Below, one piece after another: positions 16,354 through 24,892 of a stretch of 46,513 nt of DNA. Below the pieces are notes generated by a model, which saw nothing but the letters and a program-made list of their open reading frames with translations, was not told the DNA's origin and searched no databases. The first letter of the stretch is position 1, and the number at the start of each line of letters is the position of its first letter. The stretch is from Candidatus Zixiibacteriota bacterium (GTDB lineage Bacteria > Zixibacteria > MSB-5A5 > GN15 > FEB-12), in the NCBI GenBank assembly GCA_041908405.1, contig JAYRFH010000019.1, positions 1-46,513 on the forward strand, in the 5' to 3' direction. Both the position numbers and the translations under genes were made by a program.

Positions 16354-17810
16354 CGCTCACCACCGGACAACTCAACGAAAGGCTCTTGCGCGCGCAGTAT
16401 GCCGTGCGCGGGCCGATCGTCCAACGGGCGCAGGAACTTGAGGAGGCCGGCCAGAAGATCATCTACTGCAATATCGGCAATCCTCAGGCGCTTAAGCAAA
16501 AGCCGCTGACTTACATGCGCCAGATCCTCTGTCTTCTTGAGTATCCCGATCTGCTGGAGAATGCGGATATTACTCGGCACTTTCCGCGGGATATTGTCGA
16601 ACGGGCACAGTCGATCCTTTCAAGGCATCCGCATGGCATGGGTGCCTACAGCCAAAGCGCAGGCATTCCGTTTGTCCGCAAGGCTGTCGCTGATTTTATC
16701 GCCAAACGAGACGGCATTGCCGCCGATCCCGCTCACATTATCCTCTCGGATGGCGCGAGCAAGGCGGCGCAAGCGGTTCTCACCGCGCTCCTTCGCACCA
16801 GAAGCGACGGTTTCATGATCCCGATCCCGCAGTATCCTCTTTACAGCGCGTCTCTTGAACTGTACGGCGGCCGGCAGATCGGTTACATGCTCGACGACGA
16901 TGAGCACTGGCAGTTGAATCAATCAACCCTCGAAGACAGTCTTGCGTCGGCAAAAAAAAACGGGATCAACCCGGTGGGTATCGTGGTGATCAACCCGGGC
17001 AACCCCACGGGCGCGGTGCTCAGTCTGGAGAATATCCAGATGATCATTGCCTTCGCGCGGCGCTATCGCCTGGCCATTATCGCCGATGAGGTCTATCAGG
17101 AGAATGTCTATGGGAGCGGGCGAAAGTTTCACTCTTTTGCCAAAGTGATGGATCATCTTGGCGTGAAAAACGTGCCGCTCTTCAGTTTGCACTCTGTTTC
17201 AAAGGGATTCCTGGGAGAATGCGGCCACCGGGGCGGCTATCTCGAGGTTCGTAACGTGCCTGACGATGTGTTTGCGGAGTTCATCAAGTTGCAATCGATC
17301 GGCCTGTGCGCGAACATACCGGGTCAGATAGCCACTTACCTGATGGTCTCCCCACCCCAGCCCGGGGAGCGGAGCTACGAAACGTATGCCGAAGAACGCG
17401 GCACTATTCTGCGCGATCTGGAGACCAAGGCACGTATCCTCGGTGAAGGAATCAACCAGATCCCCGGGATGTCGGTTGATATTCCACAGGGAGCGATGTA
17501 CGCATTCGTGCGTTTTGAACTGCCGCGAGAGCAGGGGATCGACCTCGCTCAGTTGCAGGCCGACAAGCTGGCGGCATACGTTGAGAAAAGGGAAATGGAG
17601 TACTGCCTGGCGCTTTTGGAGAAGACCGGCATTTGTGTGGTGCCCGGTTCAGGTTTCGGCCAGAAGCCAGGGACCTTTCATTTCCGCATAACGTTCTTGC
17701 CGCCTCGCGATGAGATCCAGGCCCTGGTGAAAAAACTGAGTGATTTTCATCGGTCATATGTCGCGCCAAGCAATGAGCATGATGGCGTGGCAACAATGTC
17801 CCGGTGCTGA
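16350..17810 (+). CDS. Class I/II aminotransferase, alanine aminotransferase (ALT/GPT) subfamily-like
   Basis: The start overlaps the pntB stop (ATGA). Motifs CNIGNPQAL, YSQSAGIP, INPGNPTG and the PLP-lysine context SVSKGFLGECGHRGGY match ALT-type enzymes. Confidence 0.82.
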   Translation: MTLTTGQLNERLLRAQYAVRGPIVQRAQELEEAGQKIIYCNIGNPQALKQKPLTYMRQILCLLEYPDLLENADITRHFPRDIVERAQSILSRHPHGMGAYSQSAGIPFVRKAVADFIAKRDGIAADPAHIILSDGASKAAQAVLTALLRTRSDGFMIPIPQYPLYSASLELYGGRQIGYMLDDDEHWQLNQSTLEDSLASAKKNGINPVGIVVINPGNPTGAVLSLENIQMIIAFARRYRLAIIADEVYQENVYGSGRKFHSFAKVMDHLGVKNVPLFSLHSVSKGFLGECGHRGGYLEVRNVPDDVFAEFIKLQSIGLCANIPGQIATYLMVSPPQPGERSYETYAEERGTILRDLETKARILGEGINQIPGMSVDIPQGAMYAFVRFELPREQGIDLAQLQADKLAAYVEKREMEYCLALLEKTGICVVPGSGFGQKPGTFHFRITFLPPRDEIQALVKKLSDFHRSYVAPSNEHDGVATMSRC

Positions 17811-17817
17811 AAGAGGA

Positions 17818-17845
17818 TCCACGGCAGTCACGAGATTGCCGTGGA
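17818..17845. terminator. Bidirectional hairpin TCCACGGCA-(10 nt)-TGCCGTGGA between convergent genes
   Basis: Perfect 9-bp stem 8 nt after the aminotransferase stop and 20 nt beyond the response-regulator stop. Confidence 0.5.
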
Positions 17846-17864
17846 CCTGTCGGTCATGCTCTGG

Positions 17865-18530
17865 TCAGGCGGTCGAATCGTCGGATGTGTCGAGAGAGGT
17901 CAGCCCTTCTCGAATCGCCAGCTTGGTCAGATCCGCCACATTTTTGATGTCCAGCTTCAACATCAGGTTCTTGCGGTGGGTCTCCACGGTCTTTCGACTG
18001 ACATTGAGTTTGGCGGCGATATCCACGGTCGTGTTTCCCTCCGCGATCATCTGCAAAACCTCACGTTCACGCACCGACAATTTCTGCAGGGCCGAACTGA
18101 GAGCCGGCGATAAACGCTGCGCATAATCCTCTACGACGATATCGACGATACTTGGACTCAGGTATCGTCCGCCGCGCGTCACAATGCGTATGGCTTCATT
18201 GAGTTCCGTGAACGCGCTGTCCTTTAAGACGTATCCGGATGCCCCGGCCGATAACATGCCTCCTACATACTGCCGATCCGCGTGCATGGAAACGGCGAGA
18301 ACCTTGATATGCGGCATTTCCGCTTTGATCTGTCGGGTAGCATCGATCCCGTTCAGTTCGGGCATGCCGACATCCATCACGACCAGGTCGGGGGACAATT
18401 CCCGACAGAGTCGCACCGCCATGCGGCCATTGTTGGCTTCGCCGACGATCTCCATGTGCGGTTGTTTCTCCAACAGCACGCGCAGGCCTTCGCAAAAAAG
18501 CCGGTGATTATCTGCCAGCAGTATCTTCAT
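17865..18530 (-). CDS. NarL/FixJ-family response regulator (REC + LuxR HTH)
   Basis: MKILLADNH...DLVVMDVGMPELNG receiver domain, then LSVREREVLQMIAEGNTTVDIAAKLNVSRKTVETHRKNLMLKL. Confidence 0.9.
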   Translation of the reverse strand: MKILLADNHRLFCEGLRVLLEKQPHMEIVGEANNGRMAVRLCRELSPDLVVMDVGMPELNGIDATRQIKAEMPHIKVLAVSMHADRQYVGGMLSAGASGYVLKDSAFTELNEAIRIVTRGGRYLSPSIVDIVVEDYAQRLSPALSSALQKLSVREREVLQMIAEGNTTVDIAAKLNVSRKTVETHRKNLMLKLDIKNVADLTKLAIREGLTSLDTSDDSTA

Positions 18531-18548
18531 CTACCTCTTCTCCAACTC

Positions 18549-19736
18549 TTAAGCCTTGATACGGTCCACTGCCGGTACCCAGAGGTGCACTCGCGCCCCT
18601 TTGCCCGGACTGGATTCGACCGTCACTCGCCCGCCCAGGTGGGCAAACCGTTCACGAATACTGAACATGCCAAATCCGCCGCTCGCCGAGGGGAATTTGT
18701 GCTGTCGGTCGGAACTGAACCCCACGCCGTTGTCCGCGACGCAGGCGTGGATGGCGTTATCTTCGCGATCAACCCGTATCTCCACGCGCGTCGCTTGAGC
18801 ATGCTTGACCACGTTCGTCAACAACTCCTGGATCGAACGGTACAGCATCACCCGTACTCCTTCGCCCAGAACAAGCATCTGGTCCGCGTCCCGTACCTCG
18901 ATAGTTATCCCGAACTGCTTTTGGAAGTGGTCCGCCAGCCATACCAGCGCTTCATGAAAGCTCAGTTCATACAGGATCGGCGGGCTGATCTCGGCCGTGA
19001 TCGAGCGGGTGTCGCCGATGATCTGCTGGAGGAGCTCGATGATATTCTCCACCCGCTCCTTATGTTCCTGTGGCAACAGACTGCGCAACGTCTCCAATTT
19101 CAGTTTCGCGACCGCCAGTCCCTGGCCGATACTGTCGTGTAGATGCAGCGCTAACTGACGGCGCTCACGTTCTTCGGTTAACGTCAACTCGGATGCCAGC
19201 GAACGAAGGTGCTGTTGGTACGTCGACAATTGAAGCTGAGATTCCTTGAGCGAATACGCCTCCGACAATCGACCCGCCAGCGTGATCAGGAGATCCTCTT
19301 CCTCGACAAGGAACTCGGGCTGCGTTCCGTCAGGCAGAGACTCGCAATACCCTACTTCCAAAGCGCCAACCTTTTCACCGTCGACAAGAATATGCTCCTG
19401 TAGTTGCCAGCGCGGCTCACGGAAATTGGCGTTCTGGTAGGTACGATTTCCGAGGGTGACGCGGGCGCAGGCAAATTCGGGGTATTGCCATGCCGTGGGC
19501 AGAAGATCCACGATTCTCTGGAGGATCTCGCCCAATTCTACATTCTTGGCTTCAAAGAGATCGGATACTGAGTGAATGACCCCCAACTCCTTCATTCGCT
19601 CAGCCAATGCGTGAGAGCGAAGTTGCAGATCCCTTTCAAGCGTCTTGCGGCTGCGCGACTGACTCTGCCGCTTAGCCTTAGATTTCGTAGAGTTCGTCAC
19701 ACGAGCTGTTGATCTGGTAGAGTTCTTCTTCGGCAT
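18549..19736 (-). CDS. Cytoplasmic GAF-domain histidine kinase (HisKA_3 / NarX-LiaS type)
   Basis: H-box LALHLHDSIGQGLA and HATPase_c motifs (VADNGVGF, GGFGMFSIRER). No TM segment. I prefer the ATG at 19736; the ORF track extends to 19883. The N-terminus is a basic Ser/Lys/Arg-rich tail. Confidence 0.85.
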   Translation of the reverse strand: MPKKNSTRSTARVTNSTKSKAKRQSQSRSRKTLERDLQLRSHALAERMKELGVIHSVSDLFEAKNVELGEILQRIVDLLPTAWQYPEFACARVTLGNRTYQNANFREPRWQLQEHILVDGEKVGALEVGYCESLPDGTQPEFLVEEEDLLITLAGRLSEAYSLKESQLQLSTYQQHLRSLASELTLTEERERRQLALHLHDSIGQGLAVAKLKLETLRSLLPQEHKERVENIIELLQQIIGDTRSITAEISPPILYELSFHEALVWLADHFQKQFGITIEVRDADQMLVLGEGVRVMLYRSIQELLTNVVKHAQATRVEIRVDREDNAIHACVADNGVGFSSDRQHKFPSASGGFGMFSIRERFAHLGGRVTVESSPGKGARVHLWVPAVDRIKA

Positions 19737-20011
19737 ATCTACAAATACAGCACTATGCTTGGATACTGTCAAATGCATTTCCTTGGGGTGTTGAAATGTA
19801 AGGAATGACTGGGTTGCTTCCGGGACCTTCATCGGGAAAATTCGCTGACAGTCCACCAGAACGACATTCATAGAAGAGGACACGCCCCCTCACTCAGCGG
19901 TACAATTTCGTCGCGACGACCCGTAACTCCTTGTGCCGCTATGCGATTCGGAGATTCGGCCTCCTCCACGGACTAATCTCATTACTGATCCGGCGATTAC
20001 AGAAAGATGGG

Positions 20012-20028
20012 GGACCGGCCCCCGGTCC
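20012..20028. promoter_or_regulatory. Perfect 7-bp inverted repeat GGACCGG-ccc-CCGGTCC in the divergent intergenic region
   Basis: Read directly from the sequence, ~175 nt upstream of the RHH gene start. A role as operator or hairpin is speculative. Confidence 0.25.
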
Positions 20029-20203
20029 TGGGGCATTTCCAGGTGCTGGTTTGCTCATAGCCTCGCGGTGTGGAAATAATCAGCTTTTCACTCTGTCATG
20101 GTCCGCGTTTCAGCAGAATGGGCTGTAACGACCCATATTATCATTGAATCACCAGCGCTCAGGTGTTACATTTGTATCCACGTCTAAAGACGGCGCCGCT
20201 AAT

Positions 20204-20362
20204 ATGCAAAAACAGCCCCAACCTCGAAAAGGTCGCATGATCCATATTCGACTCAATGACGACACCCACCGTCAGCTAAAGGTGCATGCCGCGCGGTCCG
20301 GACAGACGATCCAGGAGGTCGTCGAACAACTAGTGCGCCAACTCCTTCGTCGTCAAAAATAG
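20204..20362 (+). CDS. Ribbon-helix-helix (CopG/Arc/ParG-like) DNA-binding protein
   Basis: KGRMIHIRLNDDTHRQLKVHAARSGQTIQEVVEQLVRQLL fits the beta-strand / helix / helix RHH pattern. The stop lies 2 nt before the kinase ATG. Start uncertain: ATG at 20204 or 20237, or TTG at 20144. Confidence 0.6.
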   Translation: MQKQPQPRKGRMIHIRLNDDTHRQLKVHAARSGQTIQEVVEQLVRQLLRRQK

Positions 20363-20364
20363 TA

Positions 20365-23300
20365 ATGATGAATCCAGATAGCTCAGTCGAAGCGCGGCAG
20401 GCCTATGAACTCTGGTGGAGTAGCTACTTCTCGGGAGATAAACTGACATTCGAATCTCTCGTGGATGATGCTGCGACCTTGATCGGCACCGCCGAAAATG
20501 AACGCTGCTTCAATAGAGCAGAGGTCATGGCATTCGTGCGCGACACCATTGAGCAAGTTTCCGGAAAGGTCGAATTGCGGGAGAGGGACGTTCGAGTGCG
20601 CCCGATCGACGACCTGGTCAAGATCGATGAGTTTGCCGACATGTACCTCCTGATCGACAATCAATGGACGATGTACGCTAAGATCCGGCTTTCAACGCTC
20701 CTTCGACAGAACGACGGCCGGTGGAAGATAATTCATCAACACGGTTCATTTCCCGACCATCGGGCCTACGAAGGAGAGACCCTGGCCTTCGAACAGGTCC
20801 GTGAGGAGAATATCCGGCTACGTGAAGCAGTCCGACGGCGTACGCTAGAGCTGGAAGCGAAAAACCAGGAGCTGGAAGTAGAGGCGTGCCTTGAACGCGT
20901 CCGGTCACAGGTACTGGCAATGAAGGAGCCGGACGACCTGCTGCGCGTAAGTGAAGTGCTCTTCAAGGAGCTGAAATCGCTCGGTTTCGATGCCTTGCGT
21001 AACGGCATGATCGATATATACGACGACCAGCGGCAGTGCTTTTTTAATTATGATTATTCCGACGCCCTGGGGCCAAGTATTACGCATATCAGGTACGACA
21101 TTCACCCGGTGGTGGAGCGTCACCTCAAGCTGATCCGTGGGACGCATGACGCTTTTGAAGAGATGATCTTCACCGGTCGAGAGCTCGAAGACTGGAAAGA
21201 ATTCCGTCGCCAGAACGGGGAGAAGGATGACCCGCGACTCGATCTCTATCCCGCGCTCTATTACTATTTCTACTCCATCGGACTGGGTGATATCGGCATT
21301 TCGACTTTTGCACCGATAGGCGACTCGAAGCGTGGCATTCTGCAGCGTTTTCGCAACGTGTTTGACCTGGCCTACAGAAGATACGCCGATGTTCTCAAAG
21401 CGGAGGAATACGCAAAGGAAGTGCAGATCGAATTGGCCCTGGAAAGAGTACGTGCGCGTTCCATGGCGATGCGACGAAGCGAAGAATTGGTCGAAGCATC
21501 GGATGTGTTCTTCGAGCAGTTGGCGTCGCTGGGTATCGAAGCGATCAGAACCGGAGTCGGTACCTTCGACGAAACTAAAGAGACGATCGAGGTCTGGTCT
21601 CGTTCACAGTCGAGCGGTGCATCGGGACGACAGATCCTTGGCGAGGTATCACGTGGGGCTCATCCGTTTTTCGATCGCTGCTTTGAAGCATGGAGAAATA
21701 GGGAGCCGTACTTCTTTCAGGAGTTCAATGGCCGCGAGGTGGAGGCGTACTATCGTCATATGGAAGGGTTTCTTTCATACCCGCTCGCCGGCTCATTCAA
21801 TCCACGAGAAGTGTTCTATACCTTCTTTTTCGCGGAAGGCTCACTAAATGTCGTCAGACAAGATCGGCTGACCGACGACGAGCTGCATATTATGCAGCGA
21901 TTTGCTTCGGTCTTTGGGCAGATCTATCGCCGCTTCCTCGATCTGCGGATCGCCGAGGCTCAAACTCGCGAGGCTCAGATCGAAGCCGCCCTTGAGCGTG
22001 TGCGCAGCCGCACGATGGCGATGCAGCGAAGCGACGAATTGATTGAAACCTCGTTCGTTCTGTTCGATCAACTGAGACAGCTTGGCGAAGTGGGCGAACA
22101 GGTCTCGATCGGGATAATAGACGAGGATGCAGGCACTATGGAGATGTTTGCAACAAGTCATGGCAATCGATGGGAGCGTTCCACGCTTGTGCAATATGGC
22201 GAGCACGATGTAATGAAGGACATTCATCGTGCGTGGAAAGAGGGGAAGCGGTCAGTGGTTATCGACTTGTCTGGAGAAGAACTCGTCAACTACAACGCCT
22301 GGCGAAAGCAACTGAAAGACATCAAACACGCGACTGGAATGACCTTTACTAACAAGCGCTGGGTCATCCATGCGGCGTTTTTCTCCAGGGGAAACCTCTC
22401 CTTTTCGACCAGCGAACCCCGTCCAGCGGAGACCGTCCAGCTCCTCGAGCGCTTTGCCTCCGTGTTTGACCTTACCTATACGCGATTTCTCGATCTGAAA
22501 CAGGCCGAGTCCCAGGCGCGCGAAGCCACCATCGAGGCAGCACTTGAGCGCGTGCGTTCAAAAGCAATGGCGATGCGCACCAGTACTGATCTCTCGGTGA
22601 CGTCCGGTCTGATCTTTACAGAACTGCGGAAGCTGGGGATCACGCCGGTCCGCTGCGGTGTGGTGTTGTTGACCAGGGAATCGCGCGATGCGTCACTCTA
22701 TTACACTTCCAGCTCGCGCGAGAGCGACTCGCTGGCCAGGATCGGTATGATCTCTCTGATCGGCCATCCATCTCTCGAAAAGCAATATCAGCATTGGCTG
22801 GAGCAGCAAGATTACCTGGTCACTCTGCGCGATGAGGAATTGGTGTTGTATTACGAGTGGTTGCACCGGCAAAATCCCGTTCCGTTCCTTTCCGGTGACC
22901 GGGGTGAAAAGGTCGAGCATGGATACTATCTGTACTTCCCGGAGGGGCAATTCTATGCCTGGACACAAGTACAGTACACTGAAGAGCAGTTATCGGTACT
23001 GCACCGCTTCAAATCGATCATCGAACTGACTTTCCGGCGATACCTTGAACTGCAGCGCGCTGAAGAACAGGCCAGAGAGGCGCAGATCGAAGCGAGCCTC
23101 GAGCGAGTACGAAGCAGAACGTTGGCGATGCAGAGGTCGGACGAATTGGCTGAAACGGCCGCCGTACTTTTCAGGCAACTTATCGCGCTGGGGATCGCGC
23201 CGAACCGGCTGTACATCGCGATCGTGCAGGATGACGTCGGCAACGCGGAGTTCTGGATAACGGATGAAGACGGTAGCAAGGTGAGCACGAGTTTTTCCAC

Positions 23301-24495
23301 CAAACTTCACGCGAATCGGACCTTTCGCAAAATGCTGGCCGGATGGGAGGCCAGGCAACGTTCACAGACGATCGATATGCAAGGCGAGGAACTCCAGGAA
23401 TATTTTCGACAACTGAGTGTACTCAATGTTCCGTTCAAGGGAGGGCTCAGTCAAACACGACGGGTGCAGACCATCGCGTACTTCTCGCAGGGTTTCATTG
23501 GCATTGCCTCGCCGGAGGATCAGCCTCAGGAGACGATCGCGCTTCTGGAACGCTTTGCCGCTGTTTTCAACTTGACCTTCGCCCGATTCAATGACCTGAA
23601 GATCGCTGAGGCACAAGCTCATCAGGCACACCTGGACCTGATCCAGTTGCAGGCCGAGAAAAAGCGAGCGGAGGATGCCCTGGCTGAACTTCGCGCGACC
23701 CAGGCGCAATTGCTTCAGCAGGAGAAGCTGGCATCATTGGGACAGTTGACGGCGGGCATCGCGCACGAGATCAAAAATCCGCTCAATTTTGTGAACAACT
23801 TCTCTTCCATATCAATGGAGCTCCTGGATGAGGCAGTGGAGGAGATCAAGAAGTCGGGAGCGAGCACAGCGGAGTCAGAAGCGGTTCAGCTACTTGGCGA
23901 TGTTCGCGTGAATCTTGCCAAGATTGTCGAGCATGGCACACGCGCCGACGGGATCGTGAAATCCATGCTTCAGCACTCACGTGGAGGAAGTGGTAAGCGA
24001 GAGCTGACCGACCTGAATGGATTGATAAAGGAGTTCGTAAACCTGGCCTTCCACGGCATGCGGGCCGGCAAGAACCCGATCAACGTCGACATCGTACTGG
24101 ATCTGCGCCAGGATATTGGCAAGGTGTCGCTCATCGCCGAGGACTTTAGCCGGGTACTCATCAATTTGTGCCAGAACGCGTTTGACGCCATGCGCGACAA
24201 AGGAAACACGATTGGAAGTAAGTACCTTCCAAAATTGACCGTGCGAACCAGTCTGAGTTCCGGTCACGCCATTCTCGAGATAGCTGACAATGGCCCCGGT
24301 ATACCGGATGAGATCAGGCAGAAGATCCTCCAACCATTCTTCACTACGAAGAAGGGAACGCAAGGGACCGGCTTGGGGCTCTCCATCACACATGATATTG
24401 TGAAAGCACATGGAGGGGACCTGACGATAGAAACCAATTCGGACGGCGGCGCGAGCTTTATCGTTCGTCTCCCGATGGACCCAGGTGGAAAATGA
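20365..24495 (+). CDS. Large soluble sensor histidine kinase: NTF2/SnoaL-like N-terminus, 5 tandem ~184-aa sensor modules, HisKA, HATPase_c
   Basis: 1376 aa with no TM segment. H-box LTAGIAHEIKNPLNFVNNF (His at nt 23764). N-box LINLCQNAFDAM, G1 DNGPGIP, G2 GTGLGLSI. The repeats are detailed in the repeat feature below. Confidence 0.9.
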   Translation: MMNPDSSVEARQAYELWWSSYFSGDKLTFESLVDDAATLIGTAENERCFNRAEVMAFVRDTIEQVSGKVELRERDVRVRPIDDLVKIDEFADMYLLIDNQWTMYAKIRLSTLLRQNDGRWKIIHQHGSFPDHRAYEGETLAFEQVREENIRLREAVRRRTLELEAKNQELEVEACLERVRSQVLAMKEPDDLLRVSEVLFKELKSLGFDALRNGMIDIYDDQRQCFFNYDYSDALGPSITHIRYDIHPVVERHLKLIRGTHDAFEEMIFTGRELEDWKEFRRQNGEKDDPRLDLYPALYYYFYSIGLGDIGISTFAPIGDSKRGILQRFRNVFDLAYRRYADVLKAEEYAKEVQIELALERVRARSMAMRRSEELVEASDVFFEQLASLGIEAIRTGVGTFDETKETIEVWSRSQSSGASGRQILGEVSRGAHPFFDRCFEAWRNREPYFFQEFNGREVEAYYRHMEGFLSYPLAGSFNPREVFYTFFFAEGSLNVVRQDRLTDDELHIMQRFASVFGQIYRRFLDLRIAEAQTREAQIEAALERVRSRTMAMQRSDELIETSFVLFDQLRQLGEVGEQVSIGIIDEDAGTMEMFATSHGNRWERSTLVQYGEHDVMKDIHRAWKEGKRSVVIDLSGEELVNYNAWRKQLKDIKHATGMTFTNKRWVIHAAFFSRGNLSFSTSEPRPAETVQLLERFASVFDLTYTRFLDLKQAESQAREATIEAALERVRSKAMAMRTSTDLSVTSGLIFTELRKLGITPVRCGVVLLTRESRDASLYYTSSSRESDSLARIGMISLIGHPSLEKQYQHWLEQQDYLVTLRDEELVLYYEWLHRQNPVPFLSGDRGEKVEHGYYLYFPEGQFYAWTQVQYTEEQLSVLHRFKSIIELTFRRYLELQRAEEQAREAQIEASLERVRSRTLAMQRSDELAETAAVLFRQLIALGIAPNRLYIAIVQDDVGNAEFWITDEDGSKVSTSFSTKLHANRTFRKMLAGWEARQRSQTIDMQGEELQEYFRQLSVLNVPFKGGLSQTRRVQTIAYFSQGFIGIASPEDQPQETIALLERFAAVFNLTFARFNDLKIAEAQAHQAHLDLIQLQAEKKRAEDALAELRATQAQLLQQEKLASLGQLTAGIAHEIKNPLNFVNNFSSISMELLDEAVEEIKKSGASTAESEAVQLLGDVRVNLAKIVEHGTRADGIVKSMLQHSRGGSGKRELTDLNGLIKEFVNLAFHGMRAGKNPINVDIVLDLRQDIGKVSLIAEDFSRVLINLCQNAFDAMRDKGNTIGSKYLPKLTVRTSLSSGHAILEIADNGPGIPDEIRQKILQPFFTTKKGTQGTGLGLSITHDIVKAHGGDLTIETNSDGGASFIVRLPMDPGGK
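20890..23640 (+). repeat. Five tandem protein-level repeats (~552 nt / ~184 aa each) within the kinase gene
   Basis: LERVR codons start at nt 20890, 21439, 21991, 22543 and 23098 (aa 176, 359, 543, 727, 912). Each unit opens with IEa.LERVR...mAM..S.eL and closes with L.RF..vF.L...R..dL..AE.qAre. The DNA copies differ heavily at synonymous sites. Confidence 0.85.
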
Positions 24496-24496
24496 C

Positions 24497-24886
24497 ATGA
24501 AGATCCTGATCGTTGATGACGAGCGCGACATAGAATTGCTCTTTGTACAGCAGTTTCGGAAGGAATTGCGACGGGGCGGATTTGAGTTTGTATTCACGTT
24601 CTCCGGGCAGGAAGCGATCACGGTGCTGGAAAGTGCAGACCCACCGGATGTAGTGTATGTCTTTTCGGACATTAATATGCCGGGAATGACCGGCCTGGAA
24701 CTGCTCGAAGTGATCAAAGATCGTTTTCCCATGGTGACGGTAAGCATGATCTCGGCATACGTCGATCGGGAAAATCATCAGAAAGCGTTGGCATCCGGGG
24801 CAAAGGAGTTTTTCACCAAGCCGATCGATTTCCAGCGGCTCAAACAGGAGCTTCAACCACTGATCGGAATGCAGGAGGATCGCTAG
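24497..24886 (+). CDS. Stand-alone response-regulator receiver (CheY-like)
   Basis: The ATG lies 1 nt after the kinase stop and is preceded by GGTGGA. MKILIVDDERDIELLFVQQFRKEL...FSDINMPGMTG...TKPIDF. Confidence 0.85.
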   Translation: MKILIVDDERDIELLFVQQFRKELRRGGFEFVFTFSGQEAITVLESADPPDVVYVFSDINMPGMTGLELLEVIKDRFPMVTVSMISAYVDRENHQKALASGAKEFFTKPIDFQRLKQELQPLIGMQEDR

Positions 24887-24892
24887 TCGCGC

